Shown here in pieces: positions 55,013 to 64,000 of a DNA stretch of 64,000 nt (the first letter of the stretch is position 1; the number at the start of each line of letters is the position of its first letter). The stretch lies in assembly GCF_006345805.1 (NCBI RefSeq), contig NC_043004.1, positions 29,698,001 to 29,762,000 of the forward strand, read 5' to 3'. A program made the position numbers and the translations under genes. Origin of the DNA: Octopus sinensis. Lineage: Eukaryota. A model generated the notes under the pieces. It had not been told where the DNA came from. It did no database searches and saw only the letters and a list, made by a program, of their open reading frames with translations.

Positions 55013-57722
55013 TTATATTCAAAATTGAATTTATTGCAGCTCACAATTCCTTTTGCAGTGGTACGAAATTAGGCAGACTGCCTGGGCAACAATGTCATGT
55101 CTCATGGGAATGTAGTATCTTACAGATATTTTTGGACAACTACTGATATGACATAACACTATCACAACATGGAAGTTTAGAGGCCTTCTTACCATTTTGT
55201 TAATCAGGTATTTAGAAAACCTCTCTTGTTTTTAGAAACTATAGGCATAATCATCTAGGTGAGATGTGAACTTATCACAAGTCCAGAAAAGGTTGCTCTT
55301 TCTAGCATTCTCTACTTTGTGGTATGATGTGTGTGTGCATCATATGCTCATGCCTACTATCCAACAAGTGGTGTCGTTTGCTATTTTCCAGCTATTAAGT
55401 GGTTTATGCGCAAAAGACTAGCAGATGAGAGCTACTAACAGAAAAAATATTGAGCTGTAGAAAAATTTCCACAACAAATTTCATCTGACCTATGTAAACA
55501 GGGAAATGTGAACTTAAAATAATGGTATTTCACACTGATTACTATAGTGTTTAAGCCAATTCCATAAATACCTGCAGAATAATTCTTTTTAATAATTTCC
55601 TCAACCTGTAGTAATAGATTTATATACTTTCTCATAGTGATTATTTCTCCAGATTTCAACTTTTCCCCAATGTAGGATATATAAATGGTGCATGTTTACA
55701 TTCACAAAAGCACCATTTATAATCAAACTTTTACTTGTTTCTATCAATATGTGATTCTATGATCAAGCTCTTTCACCCTTTACTTTGTTTGTTTCATTTA
55801 GCTGAAATTTAGAAATCATTTAAAGCAGCTGTTTAATGAATTCAATGCACGTATGGAGATATTCTGATGCTTTCTTCACACGAGGCTCACGTAGTTGTAT
55901 GGAGTCTATAAGACTCATTTAAATCGTCTTCTGCACTATTCAGTCCCTTAGTTTCAATTTTATCAAATTCACCAAAATCAGGTTGATCCATGTAATCACC
56001 GAGAACAATCTTAAATAGATTCAGTCAGTTTTTGATGCTATGATAGGAATCAGACTCTTTCAGCATTTATCAATTTCTTTGGGGAACAAACAGATTTTAA
56101 ATTGTTAAAACTTTCGAGTTCCAGGGGTTTTGTTGTTACCAAAACAATATAGCTGTCATACTTTTAATAGACAAAAACAAACATTTTATTGATCATTAGT
56201 GTCCAGATGTTCCATTCTTGCTGTAGAACATTGCAGAAGTGACAAAATCTGCTGTATCCAAGTCATCAAGTATAAGTTTGTTATTATTGTTTAGGTTGGT
56301 GTGTCTACAGTGTTTATCCAAAATACACCCGTTTCCAAGGTAGCCTTTTACATTTAGAATGTTTATTCAAATGATGGCTGAAATTATGGCATCAGACCTT
56401 AAATAGATTCATGTTAACAGGCAAACGTGGAAAAGCATCATAAATTGGACAATGTATGATGAATGTAGAGAAAAAAATGTTTGGAAGTGACTAAACCGAC
56501 ACTAAGAAATATATTAAAAGATTAAAATTATTGATTTAAATCAAATGTTTCTTATGCAAGATGATAGCCTTAGCAATGTATTTGGATGATTTGAACTTAA
56601 TATATAATTAGTAAATATTTAATCAACTTGTGAAAATAGCAGCCAAATCTCTCTTAAACTGTAAAAATCTAGGTTACATTGAATTATGAGGTCCTAGATG
56701 AACTATAACTGAATAAAAGACGAGGTGGTCATGACTGGAACATCTCTGATTATAAGATGGCTACATCAGGACTGGTTTGAGATTACATGAAAAACAATCC
56801 TAGAAGAATTGAATACAAAGTCAATCTTTATAGGATTTGAAGTCAGAAGAAAGAAGGATAAAACTAGTTTACTACAAAGCACTATCATTTTAACAAGACA
56901 ATAAGGGTACAATCTCAAAATTAGTGGTTTACCATTTAGAATTGTATAAATATCAGTCATTCATTCAAGCTTTAAGATTAAATTCTCCACATCCATAGAG
57001 AGAACTGAGACAGAGACAGAGACAGGCACAAAAAAAAAAAAATTTTTTTAAATAAAAATCCCTTTATGATCTTCAGACCCTGATGGAGAATAAAAATACT
57101 AGTAATAGATTAGTGTTGAGTCAGTCAACTTAATATCGTGGATAACTATATATTTTAAGTCTCTCTTCTTGTAGATTTCTTCCAACTGATAACACCGATT
57201 CTCTGACCTATCCAAAGTTTACTAAATCAGTGCCAGCCTGTTTGGTACATCTCAAACAGACATCATGTACAATCACCGACTTAGATTTTACAAAATGACT
57301 TATTTCTTTCACTAAGATAATATTTCTGAACAGTAGCACTTTGTAGCCGCCCAAACCACCAAACAGCAACTATTGTAGCACAATAATATACTATACTTGT
57401 TTAGAGCTGAACATGTTGGTTAAAGAGAGAGAGAGAGCTATGTTCTATGAACAGTTGTAAGGTTGTGACAAATTTGATAGTCGTACGTGTATTTAATGTT
57501 CACTGGTTGAATCAATGGGATGACAAGATATAATAACATTGCTCACTGCAATATGATTAATATTTTAATGTACAAAGAAAAATAAGCAGTGAAACATTCA
57601 AAAATATACTGCAAGTTAATGGTGAGAAAAGATGGAATTTTTCCGTTGCTTTTTTTTATTATTATTATTCATCATATAGAAATTTATTTTGATAACTCTG
57701 CATAAATTATACTACTACTACT

Positions 57723-57753
<31 letters not shown>

Positions 57754-58836
57754 AAGGTAAGAAATAGAAAGAAAAGTGAACCTTAGAATATTTTGATAAT
57801 TTATCTGGCAGACCTTTAAAGATAAGCTTTGATATTCTGTATGAGGTTAAGTAGTAAAATAATAAATGTAAAATTGGCAACAAGGAAACAATGTATAGAA
57901 ATAATGAATTACGAAAAATAGATTCACCGATATCTAAAGCTAAATGATCATTTCTAAAATACTGGAGTAGATTTCTGTATCATAAACAACGACAGGCCAG
58001 TTATACAGACTGATAGAATAATGTCCAATAATAAAACAGAATGACGGAACTGTTTAAATGTAGAGAGAGATAGAGAGAGAGGATGTGATATATATATAGA
58101 CTGATAAAATAGTGTCCAGTGGTAGAATACAGAACGATGGAACTATTTAAAAGTAGAGAATATATAATGGTAGAGGATGTTTTGATGGCTGCTAGTATTG
58201 ATTTCACCAATCTCACAATAATATAAAATATAACTCATTCACGTAAAAACGGCAATAAAGTAAAACACTAACCTCTCTCTATGTATGTAAATATGAAATA
58301 ATCTTGAGAGGGAATACAAAGAAGACATTGTTTTCTTAGTTACAAAATATTTTTATGAAACAATCTGTGACCAGACGGGTTTACATTACTAATAATATTA
58401 TTATATAATTAGCAATACATTAGGAGCAATGCGTATTTGTTTTGGCTGTTTAATGTACACTGCAGTATCTAATTGAGACTTGCTAAAAAGCGAAATACTG
58501 TTTATTGAAATAAACTAAACAGAAAATTTGACATCTTTGAATTAGCAAAACATTACTATCAGCATTTATATCAGCTTTCTCCTTCAGTCTTGACTGTCAA
58601 AACACCAAGCTCATTTATATAACGCACAGCTCACTATAATACGCCAGTCACACACGCACACGAGAGCAGAATAAAACAGGATATATATATATATATATAT
58701 ACACACAAGCTATATATTATAACTTAAATATAGATTCTTTACAAAAACCGTCACGATCAACTTTTCAACGAAAATCACAACCAGCACTGTTCTATGAAAA
58801 GAGGATTACAATATTGGAATATTTCATAATACCGTT

Positions 58837-58876
<40 letters not shown>

Positions 58877-58991
58877 ATGTGTGTATGTGTGCACAGAATC
58901 AAAGTTACTATAGCTAAAGTTCTTGGGGGGTCGATCTAATCGACGACCCGTCTCCATAAATTGAAGGCGTTGTCCTATAACTTATTACTAT

Positions 58992-59465
58992 TGGCAGAAT
59001 CGTTAGCGCGTTGGACAAAAACGCTTAGCGGCATTTCTTCCTGATTTGCATTCTGAGTTCAAATTCCATCGAGGTCGACTTTGCCTTTCATCCTTTCGAG
59101 ATCAATAGAACAAAATTGCTGGCCTCGTGCCCAAATTTGAAGCAATTATCAATATTATTGCCTTTCATCTTTTCAGGGTCGATAAAATAAGTACCAGTTA
59201 AGCACTGGAATCGATGCAATCGACTGTACCCCCCCCCCCCAATTTCAGGCCCTGTGCATATAGTAGGAAGGATTATTAGGGCAATGAATTGACAGAATCA
59301 CTAGTGTCAGACCAAAAGCTTTGCAGTATTTCTGACTCTTTACGTTCTGGGTTCGATTCCCGCTGAGGCCCATTTTGCCCTTTCATCCTTTCGGGGTCGA
59401 TGTAATCGACTAGTCCCCCCTCCCATGAAAAAAATTCAGGCCTTGTGCCTATAGTAAAGGATTAT
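58992..59465 (+). mobile_element. Tandem SINE copies (2443-2668 family)
   Basis: Repeated tggcagaatcgttagc...gttcaaattcc...gcctttcatcctttcg units. Confidence 0.85.
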
Positions 59466-59724
59466 TTATCATTGAAATGATTTCAGGAAAATGGCTGGTC
59501 ACTTCATGGAAACATTATAATATAGCAACAGTTGAACCAATTCTTACTTAGATAATTAGGTACATTAGTATTTTTAACATAAAACCTATAGAATGCCATT
59601 GACAAAAAAAAAAAAAGAAAAAGAAACTAAAGAGACCGAGATATTATTTACCAGACAGACAACAAAATGCAAACGAAATACAAAAATGCAGGCTTGTTAG
59701 CTCCAGACATTTAAAAACAACGCA

Positions 59725-60035
59725 ATATACACATACATTATATATATATATATATACACATACATTTTATATATATATATATACACATACATTTTATATA
59801 TATATATATACACATACATTTTATATATATATATATACACATACATTTTATATATATATACACATACATTTTATATATATATATACACATACATTTTATA
59901 TATATATATACACATACATTTTATATATATATATATATATACACATACATTTTATATATATATATATATACACATACATTTTATATATATATATATATAC
60001 ACATACATTATATATATATATATATATACACATAC

Positions 60036-60078
<43 letters not shown>

Positions 60079-60102
60079 ACATACATAATATATATATATA
60101 TT
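59725..60102. repeat. Minisatellite of acacatacatttt(TA)n units
   Basis: About 12 units with variable TA number. Confidence 0.95.
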
Positions 60103-60424
60103 ATGGCACACAGCAGGCAGGGTAATTATTAAAATGTCATTTTCAATAGCTAACACAGATTTGACGGAAACAAAAAGAAAATAAAAATTTAAAAAAAAAG
60201 GCTACATTTAGAATTCGAAGAAAAAAAACTGAAGGCGGAAGGATTTGAGAATATAAGAATATAATATGTAATTTGAGAATATAAGAATACAATATGTAAA
60301 ATACTTAAAGAATTGATGTGGTAATAATTTTAGATGTAGATTATTTGATGTCTACTGTTTGTGTTGTTACTGCCATTTGTTTTTCCCTGATAATAAATAG
60401 CATGCATGGGAAGAACATGAATGA

Positions 60425-60463
<39 letters not shown>

Positions 60464-60475
60464 TACACACCTGTG

Positions 60476-60519
<44 letters not shown>

Positions 60520-60847
60520 CGTGTGTGTGTATAAAGACAGAGACGAGAGGAGCAAGCTAGAGGGAGGCGTGATGCTCGTTTAGTGTGGAACTGTTTACAT
60601 AATATATGAAAACAAATATTGATGGAGCAAATATAACATGGATGCTGGGTAGAAAAAAAGACTACTAAATATACATACTCTCTCTCTCTCCGTCTTATCA
60701 TATAGTCATATATATATATTATATATATGCATAATATACACACACACACACATTTATAAATGTCCTAGAAATTCAACACTGCCTTGGCTTTGTTGTCTCA
60801 TTCTATTCAACATTATACACACACACATCTGTGTGTGTATCTATCTA

Positions 60848-60883
<36 letters not shown>

Positions 60884-61122
60884 GCACTCGTTGAGGCTTA
60901 CGTTATATATATATATCTATATATATAGATATATTTAAAGGAAACTAAATGGTTTTATATACGTGCTGTTAAATGAGGTCAAATATAAACGCCATTGGTG
61001 AATTAAACCAAAACAGAAAGCTTCTCTATAAACAACAACAGCAGCAAAGCATCTCCATGTTGTCTCTTCTATGTTGTACATTGCTTATTTTTCAATCGAC
61101 CAAAAATTAAATCTTGACTTAC

Positions 61123-61203
61123 CAACGACTCATTCAGAATATCAGGCTGTTCTTCGTCTGCTTTAGGCTTTTTGCCTATCGGCTGGAATTTATAGATAGT
61201 CAT
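61123..61203 (-). CDS. ITM2: ITM2-family gene, exon 1 (start)
   Basis: acaaatATG: MTIYKFQPIGKKPKADEEQPDILNESL|gtaagt; 81 nt, phase 0, matching exon 2. The MTI..K start resembles invertebrate ITM2 N-termini. Intron 1 is about 18.5 kb. Confidence 0.85.
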
Positions 61204-61289
61204 ATTTGTCGGAGAAGTTCTGTCTTTGTTGTTGTTTGTTTTTCCTTGTTTTTTGGTAGAGAAGAAGAAAGGACAGAGCTAATGATTAG

Positions 61290-61390
61290 ACACCGCTGCT
61301 GTAGTCTCACACATACACACGCACAATAGACTCACGACGTCATCGGAACGGTTTCCGTCAGAGTTCGGAACACTTCGTAATACTTCGCTT
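61290..61390 (-). promoter_or_regulatory. Probable ITM2 promoter/TSS region
   Basis: Local CpG enrichment just upstream of exon 1; CRE-like TGACGTCG (plus-strand cgacgtca at 61335-61342) and several CGGAA ETS-like cores. Confidence 0.5.
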
Positions 61391-61448
61391 TCAGTTTTGC
61401 ATATATGCTTTATTTCTTTCTTTCTTTTTGTTTATCTTCTTTTTCACA

Positions 61449-61786
61449 TCTCTTTATGATAAAAGGCAGATTTCCTCTGCCTGTTCCCATATGATAGCTA
61501 GAAGGGTTGCTCTTCCTTCCGTAGAAGATAAAAATTCAAATCGGACCATGTTAACACCCAAAAATTATTTACATCAAAAAGGTGCTTTTTTTTTTTTTTT
61601 ATGAAAATCCCTATTTTTTGTTACGAATTTTTCACTGCTGTGTCGCCACTTTTCGGTGTATTTCAACCAGGAAAATGTTCACTTGAAGAGAATAAACAAG
61701 CTACATAATGCAAAATTTTTACTTTTCAAAAATTCCAATTCCAGCGGGTCGAAACAAACCCGAGCAACGCCGGGCGATACTGCTAG
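61449..61786 (+). mobile_element. Non-autonomous Helitron
   Basis: A|TC 5' end, 3' hairpin cccgagcaacgccggg, then CTAG|T; no TSD. Confidence 0.85.
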
Positions 61787-62954
61787 TCTAATGATAATAT
61801 CTCATAAGCAATAATTAAATTGACCCTCGCAGCTAATTTCGTTCTGTTTTACGGGCTCCGCTGATGACATGTTTATTAAATGATGCTGGTAAAGGGGTAC
61901 TTTAGCTATTCCACTGCCTCAGCCTTACTCTCACCCGCGGAAATGGTATGGAATGTTTGGGGTTACCTTTATAGTTTATTAAGAGTCGTCCCTGCTGTTA
62001 ATTAAGGAGAGAATGTGTATGTCTTTTTGACTAAATTGCTATTGTCCACCTCCATATATACTGCTCTATTAAAGAAATCCTACGCTCCCTTAATTCTTTT
62101 TCTGATCCTCCTCTGCTCAACATCAGGCAAGTTGCTTCTTGTATTTAGTGAGTGAAGCTGCCGATAAATAGCTGTATCATATTCATACTACACCCTATTG
62201 CCTTTCAAAGAAACTATACACTAAATAATGTCGTTAGAGACACATGAACAGAATATCATGGTCCTGAAAGCCATTAATCATAATTAGTTCGTTCGCTTCC
62301 CTTAATAAGCCATACTGTAATACTATATAAAAGCATCATCCCTCTACACTTTACGCTGAACACTTTTGCTCTCTATTATTTACCTTAGGAACTGCCGTCC
62401 CATTGAAACCTCTTTCTGCAGACCTCCAGCTAATGATGTTGAAACACCAATATCGATCAATTGTCAGGGTACTAACTGCACCTCTTCCTCAAGCAAATCA
62501 ACTACAACGCAAAAAAAAAAGGAACATGTTGATATTATGTAAACGAAATAAAATGAAATTAATAAATTAAATGGAAGTTAAACTCTTGAAATACCCCAAC
62601 TGGCAAAATTAAATTAATAAAAGTTTACAAAATCTTATAGTTGTAAGTTTGAACTCCCACGATTCGAACAGGGCCTTGGTTGACAGCTATAGCTATAGAG
62701 TAAGCTGTTGTATAAAAGGGATCAGTGATTCACATCTATGATGTTGAACTGATTACTTTTGTGCAACTTGTAGCTCGATGGGGGCAGATTAAGGACTACA
62801 CAGCAAAATGCAACAAGCTTCCGAAATTGCTGTCATACAATTTCTTTTTCTCTCTTGTACTTTATTTCTTTGTCATTTTCTATCGTTGTTGTAAATTGAT
62901 TACACACGCACACATTGTCCAACAGAATATTACTTGTCATGGCAAATAGCTGGT

Positions 62955-63170
62955 TAGATTGCTACCGACGGTTTCACGCCGACTATCGCACTCATATATA
63001 TATATAATGGAGAAGGCCGGTTTATGGAATTACCTTAGGTTTCCTGTCAATAAAGGTTCTTTATGGACGAGGAACCCAAGGTAATCCCATAAACCGGCCT
63101 TCCCCATTTTTAATATACACTGTTCTATATCTAAGAGTATGCTCCTTTCGGATTTATGTTTTTTTACAAA
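62955..63170. mobile_element. 5'-truncated hammerhead (- strand, 62958-62995) and a fold-back element (63006-63108) with tail, separated by (TA)n
   Basis: Minus strand AUGA-GUGCGAUAGUCGGCGU-GAAA-CCGUCGG-UA-GCAAUC; palindrome aatggagaaggccggtttatgg...ccataaaccggccttccccatt. Confidence 0.7.
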
Positions 63171-63890
63171 CGACACACACACTCATATATTACATTTGTT
63201 AAGTATATTCATATGTATGTACAAAAGCTTATGCATACATAATGAATGTATAGATAGATATTTAAAAATATAAACATGTTCAACAAAGCCATTTATTCAA
63301 GGACAAATATTTAATTAAGAAAGATGTTTTTTTTATAAAAATAATGTCTTCTTTATCATATTTCCTATCAAATATGATGAGAGAGAAAAAGTACAATATA
63401 GACACCAAAGTGGAGCAACAATTAATACTATAATATTTTTTAGATAAGGAGGTCTGTGGTAATTATCTAAAAGGAAAGTAATATAAAACTATTGCGCATG
63501 AATAAATAACGTATCTAAGTTCACATAACTAGGTCGAGAAATCTGTGTAGGATTATTAGATAAAATATTTCCAAACAAACACTAAATATTTGTTTCTGAG
63601 TGAAATACGTTATTTCTTTGTCATGGGGATGTGCACAGAATTGTTTCAATAGACCAATTAGGCCTGTTAAAAGGCCTATCCATCTTATGACCCTACCATC
63701 CTTTCTTCTGAAATAGACTACCCCGGGCAACACTGTCCATTATGTAATTTCATTAAACGATAAGGTGTGGCTTCAGGAATATTTGACTGTTATTTCCAGC
63801 AGGTATAGTTATTTGTTTCGCGCCTTTCAAAACTTTCGTTACACCTGCTTACGGTTCAAAAAGTACAATGTATTATTATCAACATTGTAA

Positions 63891-64000
63891 GGTGGCGAGC
63901 TGGAAGAAACGTTAGGACGCCGGACGAAATGCGTAGCCGTATTTCGTCTGCCGCTATGTTCTGAGTTCAAATTCCGCTGAGGTCGACTTTGCCTTTCATC
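63891..64000 (+). mobile_element. SINE (2443-2668 family), cut by the window end
   Basis: Near-identical to 2443-2550. Confidence 0.9.

Overview
Eukaryotic, AT-rich, repeat-dense genomic DNA. The SINE families, (TA)n tracts and transposon content point to a coleoid cephalopod, most likely Octopus (inference from repeat recognition). Two host genes are supported. (1) A probable terminal coding exon of a coiled-coil protein on + (4019-4713, CCDC160-like). (2) A six-exon ITM2/BRI2-family type II membrane protein with a BRICHOS domain on - (exons 61123-61203, 42449-42625, 40960-41193, 40384-40494, 38400-38547, 32797-32900; GT-AG, phase-consistent, about 284 aa; the last exon is less certain). The rest is SINEs of at least four families, LINE fragments (RTE, CR1/L2), Gypsy, hAT-like, Tc1/mariner, piggyBac-type and Helitron remnants, and micro/minisatellites. 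Nearly all long (YI)n ORFs in the track are microsatellite artefacts. The most interesting signal is a set of short non-coding elements in or beside (TA)n tracts that carry type I hammerhead ribozyme cores and/or long fold-back palindromes with a one-sided tail. Two cores are complete (21163-21226 +; 44136-44223 -, sense to ITM2 intron 1) and several are degenerate. This fits several non-autonomous Penelope-like/retrozyme families that may target TA microsatellites. All structures were paired by eye; none was computed or tested.
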